A stretch of 64,000 bases of DNA from contig OY771506.1 in assembly GCA_963674705.1 (NCBI GenBank), forward strand, positions 1,056,001-1,120,000. The letters run 5' to 3'. Position 1 is the stretch's first letter, and every line of letters starts with the position of its first letter. Made by a program: the position numbers and the translations under genes. Below, piece after piece: positions 9,530-18,821 of the stretch. The notes under the pieces were generated by a model. It was not told the DNA's origin, did not search any database, and saw only the letters and a program-made list of their open reading frames with translations. This DNA is from Phycisphaeraceae bacterium (lineage in GTDB: Bacteria > Planctomycetota > Phycisphaerae > Phycisphaerales > Phycisphaeraceae).

Positions 9530-9701
9530 CGGGCTTTGTCTAACTCTCTCTATGAAGCGGGGTTTGGTACGTTCGTATCGGCCAGGCACCTGTTCTCAGC
9601 AGGAAAAACACACAATACTCAATTAGTGGGATTGCTACGAACCGTTTAGGTCCCTAAGCTAAGGGATTCGCTAGGTTTTTTGTAGCCGCACGGGTTGATT
9701 T

Positions 9702-12700
9702 ATGTCTATCACAACATCCTGGTCGCCTTTTTTTCAGTCAAATGTGAGGATGCGCGGCCGGGCATACCAATTGGGCGGGAGGGTCGAACGGATCGAGCCG
9801 GAGGCGGACGAACTGATCCGGGCCGAGGTCCGCGGGCGAGAGACGTATATCGTGACCATTGCGCGCGAAGACCGTGCCGCGATTGCGGAATGCACCTGCC
9901 CGGCGTTCGAGAAAGGCGCATACTGCAAGCATATCTGGGCTACCCTGCTGGACCTCCAGCACAAGCCGGACGGCCCGGGCATTTCCCCGCAAGAACTGGC
10001 GAAGCTGCGCGTTCGCGCTCCCAAAGCACGCAAGCGCGACCTGAGCAAGCCCAAAGCCCGTCAGGGCGAACCGACATGGATCGGCCGGCTGAGCCTGATG
10101 CGTCCGCCGGGCTTCGACAGCAGCCAGGCTGAGCATGTCTTCCCGGATCAACGACAGATATGCTACGCCATCCTCCCGACCATCAGCACGCGCCAGGGCG
10201 GGCTCGTGGTCGATCTGCGTCAACGCACACCAACCGTCGGCGGATGGAGCAAACCCAAAGCGATGCGCTTGTCGACCGGCGGAGTTGCGTCGCTGACGGA
10301 TCCGGTCGATCGCGAATTGTGTGCATTGCTGCTGGGTTCGGATACCGTACATGATCATGACTCCAGTGAGTCCTACCGTGCCTCGCGAGGGCATGCGACG
10401 TTCCGTGTTCAGGCAGGTGCTTGGCGGGCCATGCTTAAGCGCATGATCGACACCGGCCGATGCTTTCTGGAATCCGATGACACCGAAGCACGATCGAGAC
10501 AGGCCCCGCTTGTTTGGGACGGCGATGAGCCCTGGGTTTTGTGGATGAAGGGCAAGATCGACAGCGAGTACCTGATCGTCGACGTTGAGTTGAGGCGAGG
10601 TGAGCAACGTATGGCCATCGAGACACCTGCACTGGTGCTTGGTGGCTGGGATGGGCTGGTGATTTATCAAGGTAAGGTTGCGCCGCTGGACGATCGTGAT
10701 GCATTCCGCTGGGCAAGTCAATTCCGCGATGCGACGAAGCGCGGCCGGGAAGCCCCTTCACCGTTGCGTGTGCCGAAGAAGGACGTAACGAATTTTCTGG
10801 ACCGGCTGTATCTGTTGCCCCAGTTGCCGGAGATCGACTTGCCGGAGGGTGTGGCCAGAGAAGAACAGCGGATCAAACCAGTCTGTTGCCTGGACCTGCA
10901 TCGTTCCGGAGTCGGGGGCAGCGCGGGCAAGAATCAATTGACTGCTCGTGTCTGGTTCGATTATGCGGGACAGCGCGTAAATCCGATCCAGCCGGGCCGA
11001 TTCGTGCCGGTCATGCCCGTTACCGAGACGGAACATACCGAGCCGGCTTTGCCGACACACGTGTCCGAGACTTCTGAGCAAGAAAGCACCGAAAAAGCGG
11101 AAGCATCGGATGTGTCCACGGCCGTGCAGGAACGGGAAGATACCTCCAACAAGCCGATCCGAAGAGATCATGTAACCGAGCGCCGCGCGCTTGGGCAATT
11201 GATGTCGTTGGGCTTACGTCAAACCAACGGTGATGCAGATGAATTAGCGGTGCCAACAAAGCGCATGGTTGAGGTGGTGCATGTGTTGTTGTCGACCGGC
11301 TGGATAGTCAACGCAGACAAACGTGTGGTTCGTCAGGCGAGTGCGCCGCGGTTGTCAGTCAGTTCCGGGATTGATTGGTTTGAGTTGCATGGTTCGGTTG
11401 CTTACCAACGCGCTGACGGCACGGAGCAACGCGTTGCGTTGCCTGAAATATTGAAGATGGCCCGGGCCGGGCAGGACATGGTCACGCTTGATGACGGCAC
11501 GCAGGGCCTGCTGCCACAGCAATGGCTTGCAGAGCACGGATTGCTGACCGGGCTGGGTAAGTTGCAGGACGATCATCTGCGCTACAAGAACAGCCAGGTC
11601 GCATTGCTCGATGCGCTGCTGCGTGAACATGAAGAAGTCGAGATCGACGATCCATTCCGCAAGGCGCGTGAACGGTTGCACCAGTTCGACGGGATCAAGC
11701 CACTCAGCGCCAGCGAAAGTTTTCACGGCAAGCTGCGCCCATATCAGGAAGAAGGTTTAGGCTGGCTCTCGTTCCTGCGGTGGTTCGGTGTCGGCGGTGT
11801 ACTGGCGGATGACATGGGTCTGGGTAAGACGATCCAGGTCCTGGCGATGCTGCACAACCGCAAGCTTGCCGCGGAAAAAGCCAAGACAGAGGGTACCACC
11901 CCACAAGATGTGCATCATGATGCGCTGCCGCATCGACCGACACTGGTTGTAGCACCGCGGTCTGTGGTGTTTAACTGGCTGGACGAGACGGAGCACTTCG
12001 CACCAGAATTAAAGGTACTTGCTTACAGCGGCGCGGAGCGCGAGGCGATGCGGGCCGACTTCGACGATCATGACCTGATCGTGACAAGTTACGGTCTGAT
12101 GCGTCGTGATATTGAACAACTCAAGGAACACGAGTTCGACTACGTCGTGTTAGACGAGGCACAGGCGATCAAGAATCCCGCTTCACAATCCGCCAAGGCG
12201 GCGCGGTTGCTCTCGGCACGCCATCGACTGGCACTAACCGGCACGCCGATCGAAAACCATCTGGGTGATCTCTGGAGTATTTTCGAGTTCCTCAACCCGG
12301 GCATGCTCGGTTCGAACAAGCGGTTCAACGACATGATCCGTGCGGGCACAACCGCGAGTAAGAGTGTCACGCAGGAAAACGGCGCACCCGAGGACAACGA
12401 AGACGGACCGGTGGAAGACACGTCAAAGATGATGGTCTTGTCGCAGATCGCCCAGGCGCTTCGGCCGTTCGTCATGCGGCGAGCCAAGAGCCAGGTGCTC
12501 AAAGACCTGCCAAAGAAAACCGAGCAGACGATTGTCTGCCAGATGGAGCCGGCGCAGCGGAAGGTGTACGACGAGTTGCGGGCGTACTACCACGACCAAC
12601 TGCTTACCCAACTCGATGCGCCGGGCGACAAGGGTCCATCCGGACCGGGTATCGGCGGCAAACCCGCATTCATGGTGCTCGAAGCGCTATTGCGCCTGCG

Positions 12701-13259
12701 CCAAGCCGCGTGCCACCCCGGCCTGATCGATCCGAAACGAAACAACGAACCCAGCGCCAAGCTCGATTCGTTGCTGGATCGCATCGCTGATGTGATTGAT
12801 GAAGGCAGCAAGGCTCTGATCTTCAGCCAGTTCACCTCCATGTTGTCACTGGTTAAACCCAAGCTCGATGAGCGAGGCATCAAGTATTGCTATCTCGATG
12901 GCCAGACGCGCCACCGCCGCGAGGTCGTCAAGCAGTTCCAGGAAGATGGTGATTTCCCGCTGTTCCTGATCAGTCTCAAGGCGGGTGGTTTCGGCCTGAA
13001 CCTGACGGCAGCCGAGTACGTGTTCATCCTCGACCCGTGGTGGAATCCGGCCGTGGAAGCACAGGCGATCGACCGGACACACCGTATCGGCCAGACCAAG
13101 CCCGTGTTCGCCTACCGCATGGTCTGCCAGGATACCGTCGAACAACGCATCATCGACCTGCAAAACCGCAAGCGCAAACTCGCCGAGGCGATCGTGGGCG
13201 GCGATGACAGCCTGTTGCGTAGCCTCAGCCGGGAGGACCTAGAGAATCTGTTGAGTTAG
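9702..13259 (+). CDS. SWIM zinc finger + SNF2-family helicase
   Basis: CTC...CKH SWIM; LADDMGLGKT, DEAQ, TGTPIEN, SLKAGGFGLNL, QAIDRTHRIGQ. Confidence 0.95.
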   Translation: MSITTSWSPFFQSNVRMRGRAYQLGGRVERIEPEADELIRAEVRGRETYIVTIAREDRAAIAECTCPAFEKGAYCKHIWATLLDLQHKPDGPGISPQELAKLRVRAPKARKRDLSKPKARQGEPTWIGRLSLMRPPGFDSSQAEHVFPDQRQICYAILPTISTRQGGLVVDLRQRTPTVGGWSKPKAMRLSTGGVASLTDPVDRELCALLLGSDTVHDHDSSESYRASRGHATFRVQAGAWRAMLKRMIDTGRCFLESDDTEARSRQAPLVWDGDEPWVLWMKGKIDSEYLIVDVELRRGEQRMAIETPALVLGGWDGLVIYQGKVAPLDDRDAFRWASQFRDATKRGREAPSPLRVPKKDVTNFLDRLYLLPQLPEIDLPEGVAREEQRIKPVCCLDLHRSGVGGSAGKNQLTARVWFDYAGQRVNPIQPGRFVPVMPVTETEHTEPALPTHVSETSEQESTEKAEASDVSTAVQEREDTSNKPIRRDHVTERRALGQLMSLGLRQTNGDADELAVPTKRMVEVVHVLLSTGWIVNADKRVVRQASAPRLSVSSGIDWFELHGSVAYQRADGTEQRVALPEILKMARAGQDMVTLDDGTQGLLPQQWLAEHGLLTGLGKLQDDHLRYKNSQVALLDALLREHEEVEIDDPFRKARERLHQFDGIKPLSASESFHGKLRPYQEEGLGWLSFLRWFGVGGVLADDMGLGKTIQVLAMLHNRKLAAEKAKTEGTTPQDVHHDALPHRPTLVVAPRSVVFNWLDETEHFAPELKVLAYSGAEREAMRADFDDHDLIVTSYGLMRRDIEQLKEHEFDYVVLDEAQAIKNPASQSAKAARLLSARHRLALTGTPIENHLGDLWSIFEFLNPGMLGSNKRFNDMIRAGTTASKSVTQENGAPEDNEDGPVEDTSKMMVLSQIAQALRPFVMRRAKSQVLKDLPKKTEQTIVCQMEPAQRKVYDELRAYYHDQLLTQLDAPGDKGPSGPGIGGKPAFMVLEALLRLRQAACHPGLIDPKRNNEPSAKLDSLLDRIADVIDEGSKALIFSQFTSMLSLVKPKLDERGIKYCYLDGQTRHRREVVKQFQEDGDFPLFLISLKAGGFGLNLTAAEYVFILDPWWNPAVEAQAIDRTHRIGQTKPVFAYRMVCQDTVEQRIIDLQNRKRKLAEAIVGGDDSLLRSLSREDLENLLS

Positions 13260-13260
13260 A

Positions 13261-13289
13261 GATGCCTAAGCGGCATCGATGTCGCGACA
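13261..13289. terminator. Short hairpins between convergent genes
   Basis: gatgcc-taagc-ggcatc followed by palindrome tgtcgcgaca; no U-tract. Confidence 0.35.
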
Positions 13290-13327
13290 AGTCGCGCCGC
13301 TAAACGGGTTATGTGGTGCTCGTTGTG

Positions 13328-13882
13328 TTACGGACCGTCCAAGGCATCAACATCAATCTCGTCAGGGAGTGCCCCCCGTAGGTCTTCTTCCTTCAAGCGA
13401 TCGGTATGACCGTCGGCATAAAGAACTCCACGATCTTTCTGATCTTCAGATACCAAGGCGGTGTAAGCGAGTATCAACGTGGATGGGTCAGAGATATCTT
13501 CATAGTTCAGTCCGAGATTAATAAAGACATATCCTCCATATCTAACCGCGTTCCCATCAGCATCACCCCTATCGATTATCGCTTGCTCATCTAGATATGG
13601 GCCTAAAAACACCTCATTGATTGTGTCGGAATCGCCAAGATAGTGAGCCGCGGCACGGGGATGCCCTGGAAAAAAATCTTCGTTATCAACGCAATATTCT
13701 GTAAAAGCCACTCCTATCTGACGCAGATATGACTGATTCAAAGCCGCTAAGGCCACATGTCTAGGATGCCCCCCAGAGGGGGTAAGAAAGTAAATGAGTA
13801 TTGCGATTAAAGCAATAACGACAATAAATTCATTTATTGTCATGCCGCGATGACGATTAAGAATCTGAAAATCACATTGCAT
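13328..13882 (-). CDS. Prepilin-type N-terminal cleavage protein with H-X9-DG-like C-terminal motif (DUF1559-like)
   Basis: RHRG^MTINEFIVVIALIAIL; LRQIGVAF; VLYADGH; GGAG RBS before ATG 13882. Confidence 0.75.
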   Translation of the reverse strand: MQCDFQILNRHRGMTINEFIVVIALIAILIYFLTPSGGHPRHVALAALNQSYLRQIGVAFTEYCVDNEDFFPGHPRAAAHYLGDSDTINEVFLGPYLDEQAIIDRGDADGNAVRYGGYVFINLGLNYEDISDPSTLILAYTALVSEDQKDRGVLYADGHTDRLKEEDLRGALPDEIDVDALDGP

Positions 13883-13936
13883 CGCAAGCTCCAATCATCA
13901 CGTGGCCGTCAGTGGTCCGCACCACAACCAATTCGA

Positions 13937-14671
13937 TTACGGTCCATCCATAGCATCGATATCCACTTCTAGTGGGAGGAAGTCGGGCAGATCGTCTTCC
14001 GATATAAGTTCGGCGTGGCCGTCAACAAAGAGTACGGCTCTGCGGCGCTGGCTATCGGTAGTCTTCGCGGTGTAGGCCAATACGGTTTGCGAGGGGTATT
14101 CGATATCCTCCAACGACGTTCCTGCATTGAGAAATACGTAACTGCCGTAACGGATGGCCGGGCCGTCGAAGTCGCCTCGATCCAGTACGGTGTTCGGGTC
14201 GTGGTGCGGGCTGATGAAAACTTGTTGAGTTGTACCGCTGAGGTAAGACGATAGATCGCGAGGATGGTTTGGCAGCACATCGTTATTACTCGTGGCGTAG
14301 TACTGCATGGCGATCCCGATCTGCCGAAGGTTCGACATGTCCACTGTGTCTCTGGCCGCCATTCGAGCGGCACCGAGTGCGGGCAGAAGTATGCCGGCGA
14401 GCAGTGCGAGCATCGGCAGCAGCACAATACTCGACCCGCCCAGGATGGTGCCGGTCATGGCCATACCTTTCCCAACCAGGCGGTTGTTCGGATCGGCGAT
14501 CTGCACCAGCGCGATGATTCCAAGAATCAACGCCGTGACCCCCAGCGGTGTAATGCATAGACCGGGGATACCGAGTATGAGAGCGAGTTTTGCCAAAGCC
14601 GACGTTTTATGTGTCGGCGTCTCGTAGTCAGAACCGGGGCCGTCGTGCTCGGATTGATAACTGTTATTCAT
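13937..14671 (-). CDS. DUF4190 + pseudopilin/DUF1559-like protein
   Basis: TSALA...LGIIALVQI...GKGMA (DUF4190); GILLPALGAAR...SNLRQIG; VLFVDGH; ATG 14671. Confidence 0.78.
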   Translation of the reverse strand: MNNSYQSEHDGPGSDYETPTHKTSALAKLALILGIPGLCITPLGVTALILGIIALVQIADPNNRLVGKGMAMTGTILGGSSIVLLPMLALLAGILLPALGAARMAARDTVDMSNLRQIGIAMQYYATSNNDVLPNHPRDLSSYLSGTTQQVFISPHHDPNTVLDRGDFDGPAIRYGSYVFLNAGTSLEDIEYPSQTVLAYTAKTTDSQRRRAVLFVDGHAELISEDDLPDFLPLEVDIDAMDGP

Positions 14672-14715
14672 GTGTAATGGCCATTGACGAATGATGCGAA
14701 TGTAACGGACGTCAC

Positions 14716-15594
14716 TCAATTCCCCTCATAGATCATCATCGCATCTTCGTGGCTGACCTCCTCGAAGATGTTGTCGTACTGATTGATCTGGCCGCTGCCG
14801 TATTTAGTTTCCAGTTTGTGATATTGTTCGTACGAGGCGGAGCCGTCGTTGCGGCCGACACTGCCGACCCAATCACCTGGCGTGTAGGTGTGGATACTCA
14901 TCACGTCCTGGTCGGCGCTTGAGAGGCCGGTGTTGCGGTCGGAGATGACGATGGCGTAGCCGTTCATGGTCTGGCGCCACTCCGCAGACCGACCACCGAT
15001 TTCGGGGACTTGTAGCATCGAGTAGGAGTAATTGTCCGCGGAAACCTGGCCGGTGGTCCACATGATTTTCGTTTCGGCCGGGCTGATGATGTAATCACTG
15101 CTAAAGATGTTGTTATCGAGTAACAGCCGGTATCGGTTTTCCACGCTCAAGTCGTCTGTATACCCCTGACGGTTCAGTCCGGGATAAAAATCGCGGTTGC
15201 CCGAGGCGTAGGTAACCATCCCCTGTGTGATGCCACGAAGCTGGGTGGTGTTTTTCATCTGCATGGCGGCACGCCGGGCGGCGCCGAGTGCGGGCAGGAG
15301 GATGCCCAACAGTAGAAACGTGAACGGCAGGAGCACGGTGCTGATGGCGCCGAGGATCGTGGCGGTCAGTGCCATGCCGCGTCCGGTCAGGGCACGCCTG
15401 GGGTCGGCGATCTGGGTCAGGGCAATAATCCCCAGGATCAGCGCGACGATGCCCAATAAAGGAATACACATTCCGACAAGGCCCAATATCAGCCCTGTGA
15501 CCGCCAGGGCCGAAGTTGTGGGGTTCTCCGGAGGCATATAACCATAGTTATCGTGAGTCGGATTTTGCTCGAACGGATCATTCAGATCGGACAT
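14716..15594 (-). CDS. DUF4190 + pseudopilin/DUF1559-like protein
   Basis: TSALA...LGIIALTQI...GRGMA; GILLPALGAARRAA...QLRGI; H...GSVGRNDG. Confidence 0.78.
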   Translation of the reverse strand: MSDLNDPFEQNPTHDNYGYMPPENPTTSALAVTGLILGLVGMCIPLLGIVALILGIIALTQIADPRRALTGRGMALTATILGAISTVLLPFTFLLLGILLPALGAARRAAMQMKNTTQLRGITQGMVTYASGNRDFYPGLNRQGYTDDLSVENRYRLLLDNNIFSSDYIISPAETKIMWTTGQVSADNYSYSMLQVPEIGGRSAEWRQTMNGYAIVISDRNTGLSSADQDVMSIHTYTPGDWVGSVGRNDGSASYEQYHKLETKYGSGQINQYDNIFEEVSHEDAMMIYEGN

Positions 15595-15677
15595 GGAAGG
15601 CCTCCGGACAAAAACACCTGATTTTCAAGAAACGCTAAAAAGATACGGAATAGGCACCTATAGCCTAACAATTGTTC

Positions 15678-15706
15678 TTGCAAGTTAGAAGTCTGGTGAT
15701 TATGTT
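15678..15706 (+). promoter_or_regulatory. Sigma-70-type promoter of the RRM gene
   Basis: TTGCAA-N17-TATGTT. Confidence 0.5.
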
Positions 15707-15862
15707 TAAAGGGCTCGCAAACCGGCGGGCAGGATACACGAGAGCTGAGGAATTCAAACCATCCATTTTCAGCATTAGTCAGACTCCGCCAGCGCGGCAA
15801 CTGCCCGAGGGCTCCGCTGGGGATATCACACTATCGGGCTTGGAAAAGTATTGGGGCTGACC

Positions 15863-16174
15863 GTGATTAACATTTATGTGGGGAACCTCCCCTTCTCGAC
15901 GACCGACACAGAATTGGAAGACCTGTTTTCGCAATTTGGCTCGATCAGCCGTGCAGCGGTGATCACCGACCGTGAAACGGGTCGCTCGCGAGGCTTTGGC
16001 TTCGTCGAGATGGAAAACGAAGAAGAAGGCAAAAAAGCGATCGAAGAAATGAATGAAGCCGAGTTCGGCGGTCGACAGTTGACCGTCAACGAGGCGCGCC
16101 CACGTGCCCCGCGTCCCAGTGGTGGTGGTGGCGGTGGCTACGGCGGAGGTGGGTACACCAACCGCAAAGGCTGA
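15863..16174 (+). CDS. RRM RNA-binding protein with Gly-rich tail
   Basis: RNP2 IYVGNL, RNP1 RGFGFVEM, VNEARPR; GTG start 15863. Confidence 0.95.
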   Translation: MINIYVGNLPFSTTDTELEDLFSQFGSISRAAVITDRETGRSRGFGFVEMENEEEGKKAIEEMNEAEFGGRQLTVNEARPRAPRPSGGGGGGYGGGGYTNRKG

Positions 16175-16206
16175 ACCCGGCTCCGGGGACAGAATAATCG
16201 AATAAT

Positions 16207-16260
16207 AACGAGAATGAAGGTCCCCAATCCGGGGCACCGGGCCTTTATTCTCGTTTTTTT
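16207..16260 (+). terminator. Intrinsic terminator, probably bidirectional
   Basis: aacgagaatgaaggtcc ... gggcctttattctcgtt inverted repeat followed by a T-run, between convergent genes. Confidence 0.75.
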
Positions 16261-17449
16261 ATGCGCTGGTGATGGGAACGAACTCCGAGATCGACAAATC
16301 GAATCCGCTTAATGCTGTGGGCGTGAACGGGTGGTTGGTGATCAATCGCATCTGGCGCACGCCCAGCTCACGCAGGATCTGGCATCCGATGCCGTATGCA
16401 CCCTTGTTGGTCGGCGGCTGCATGCCGGGCGTAGTCTGGCTGTGACCGATCTTGGGCCGATCATCATCGTCCGATCGGCTGTCCATTAATGCGGCGGATG
16501 TCTGAAGGCGTTTGAGCAAGCCCGCGCCCATGCCCTCGTGCCGCAGGTAAACGACCGCCCCCTTGCCTTCATCATGAATCATCTTCATCGCTTGTCTTAG
16601 CGTTTGGCCGGAGGGCTGTGTCAGGTCATTGAACACGTCGCCGAGCAGGTTCTGGCTGTGCATGCGCACAAGCACGGGCTCTTCAGTGGGCTCAATAGTT
16701 CCGTCTGCCGCTTGCTTGCCGATGTCGCCACAAACCAAGGCGACATGCGGGAAAGGATCGACCGGCGACCGGTAAGCGATAAGCGTGAACTGCCCGATGT
16801 CGTTCTCGAACGGCACGGTATCGATGCGCTCAATCAGTTGTTCGCGTGCCAAGCGGTGCTGCACGACATCTGCAACGGAACACATCTTGATCTGAAACTT
16901 TTCACATAGTGCTTCGAGCTGCGGCCGACGCGCCATCGTGCCGTCTTCACTCATGACCTCGATGATGACCGCGCCCTGCCGCAAACCAGCGAGCCGACAA
17001 AGATCGACCGACCCTTCGGTCTGACCGGAGCGGACAAGTGTCCCGCCGTCACGGGCGCGCAGTGGCTGCATATGTCCCGGCCGATCAAAGTCGGTGGGCA
17101 GAGCGTCGTCATTGGCAAGCATCTGGGCGGTGATCGATCGATCCGAGGCGCTGACGCCGGTGGTGATGCCGAAGCGTTGGTGGGCGTCAACGGTGACGGT
17201 GTACGCGGTGCTGCGTTTGGATGTGTTGACCCGGCCCATGGGCTCAAGGTGTAACCGGTCGCAGATCGCCCCGCTAAGCGCGACACACATCATGCCTCTG
17301 CCTTCGCGGAGCATGAAGTTCACAACTTCGGGTGTCGTAAATTGGGCAGCGCAGACGAGGTCGCCCTCGTTCTCGCGTTTTTCATCATCGACCAGCACGA
17401 TCATCTTGCCATCACGCAGGTCGTCAAGTATTTCGGGGATGGAGTGCAT
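16259..17449 (-). CDS. ribB: 3,4-dihydroxy-2-butanone-4-phosphate synthase fused to a degenerate GTP cyclohydrolase II domain (RibBX type)
   Basis: DDEKRENEGD, TTGVSASDR, RPGH, GQTEGS; the C-domain RMHSQNLLGDVF lacks the Zn-binding Cys residues. Confidence 0.9.
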   Translation of the reverse strand: MHSIPEILDDLRDGKMIVLVDDEKRENEGDLVCAAQFTTPEVVNFMLREGRGMMCVALSGAICDRLHLEPMGRVNTSKRSTAYTVTVDAHQRFGITTGVSASDRSITAQMLANDDALPTDFDRPGHMQPLRARDGGTLVRSGQTEGSVDLCRLAGLRQGAVIIEVMSEDGTMARRPQLEALCEKFQIKMCSVADVVQHRLAREQLIERIDTVPFENDIGQFTLIAYRSPVDPFPHVALVCGDIGKQAADGTIEPTEEPVLVRMHSQNLLGDVFNDLTQPSGQTLRQAMKMIHDEGKGAVVYLRHEGMGAGLLKRLQTSAALMDSRSDDDDRPKIGHSQTTPGMQPPTNKGAYGIGCQILRELGVRQMRLITNHPFTPTALSGFDLSISEFVPITSA

Positions 17450-17501
17450 ATCTGTTCAATTCTTATTAGTCAATCAATATCACAGAACGGACTATCCTAT
17501 C

Positions 17502-17532
17502 AAAAAAGCCCGGGATCAGATGGTCCCAGGCT
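17502..17532 (-). terminator. Intrinsic terminator (minus strand)
   Basis: aaaaaa-gcccgggatc-agat-ggtcccaggc, which reads as hairpin + T6 on the minus strand. Confidence 0.7.
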
Positions 17533-17559
17533 CATGAGATACGGTGGAATTTGCGGTAG

Positions 17560-17950
17560 TTACCACGTGGCCGACGGGCTAAATGGCTTGATAATCCAGG
17601 CAATAACAAGCAGCCAAGACCAGGCGTAAAGAAAGTGCTTGGGCAGGCTTAGTCATTGTCGTCGAGGTATGCGGTACAGGAGCGCTGCCAGAGTGATTCC
17701 CAGCAATATCAGGATCGGCTGTGTCATGGGATTGTACAAGAGCGAACCGAACACATCGCCCTTAAATAATGCCAGCAGACTACGTGTCCCGCCGGTAGTC
17801 GGGCAGGGCAACCCCGCCAGACCCGTCAATAATGACAGAGCCACTTGACCATAACCACCAGGCGTTCCACAAAAGATAGACCGACACGACAGCCAGACCC
17901 AGGATTTTTATCCTTGAATTGCGCGCAAGACAACCAGCAACGTTGATCAC
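17560..17950 (-). pseudogene. DUF2752-like membrane protein pseudogene
   Basis: ...VYLLWNAWWL / frameshift near 17851 / GQVALSLLTGLAGLPCPTTGGTRS...RRQ* (TGA 17653-17655), then in-frame LSLPKHFLYAWSWLLVIAWIIKPFSPSATW*. Confidence 0.65.
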
Positions 17951-17978
17951 AAATTGCCATAGTCCTGCCGCCGGAGTC

Positions 17979-18254
17979 TTAATAGCTACCTGATCCAGCC
18001 AACATCACCGACGTTAGGATGTTTAGCGCAATACCAGCAATGATGAGAATCGTCCAGATGATCATCACCTGTCGATTACCCATTTCGTCGGCTTTCATCC
18101 AACCATAAATGAACGCCCAGAGGCTACAGATAATGCCGATGATCCCGTGGACGATCCCATTATCACTCTGAAATATCCTGACGAGTGTAATAATCCAACA
18201 AGCCAGTGAACCCAGACCGATCCCGATGAGTAAGAGCAGGAGAATGATTTCCAT
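17979..18254 (-). CDS. Small 3-TM membrane protein
   Basis: GGAG RBS before ATG 18254; hydrophobic; HGIIGIICSLWAFIYGW. Confidence 0.75.
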   Translation of the reverse strand: MEIILLLLLIGIGLGSLACWIITLVRIFQSDNGIVHGIIGIICSLWAFIYGWMKADEMGNRQVMIIWTILIIAGIALNILTSVMLAGSGSY

Positions 18255-18294
18255 GTAATTGACTCCATTAATAGTAAGTAGCTGAACTACCGTG

Positions 18295-18801
18295 TTAATT
18301 GATACGATCCAACAGAACAATCGATAGCCTGATGATCCAGGCAATGATAAGTAACAATCCAAAAAGAGGAACGAGAGCGGTTCGTACTTCAAACGCAGCG
18401 ATTGCATTGATGAAGCGATCCCGGGGCTTGGCGGGAAGTATCGTTGAGGTCAGAACCAGGATCAGACCCACGATGAGAAGTAGCGACATGGGGTTTGCCG
18501 ACCAGGCTTCGACCGGATCCCACCTGAGCCAGGCGATCACGCTGCGCGTCATACCGCAACCCGGGCATGGCAGACCGGACACCTCATGCATCGGACAACG
18601 CCACGCCGGCAATCCCAACACAGAAAGAAAAATCTGAATTCCCGCAGCCAACAATAGGACCACACAAAAGAATCGCCGACGCAGAAAATCCGCAAGCCAG
18701 GGTGATGCAAATAGACGAGATGGTCGTGGGGAGCGAGGTGAGTCAGCGGTAATAGCGGGATTCCCGGTCGTCATATCAACACAAGGTAAAGGAGAATCCA
18801 T
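18295..18801 (-). CDS. DUF2752 domain membrane protein
   Basis: CPMHEVSGLPCPGCGMTRS...ANP motif. Confidence 0.85.
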   Translation of the reverse strand: MDSPLPCVDMTTGNPAITADSPRSPRPSRLFASPWLADFLRRRFFCVVLLLAAGIQIFLSVLGLPAWRCPMHEVSGLPCPGCGMTRSVIAWLRWDPVEAWSANPMSLLLIVGLILVLTSTILPAKPRDRFINAIAAFEVRTALVPLFGLLLIIAWIIRLSIVLLDRIN

Positions 18802-18821
18802 TTATTATGCAACAAGACCGA

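Noticed and set aside
9702..13259. SNF2 helicase as part of a DISARM/Zorya-type defence island
   Set aside because: SWIM-SNF2 architecture with no methylase, nuclease or other defence neighbours
15710..15745. GCAAACC resembling a c-di-GMP-I riboswitch
   Set aside because: The GNRA-capped stem and second GCAAA element are missing
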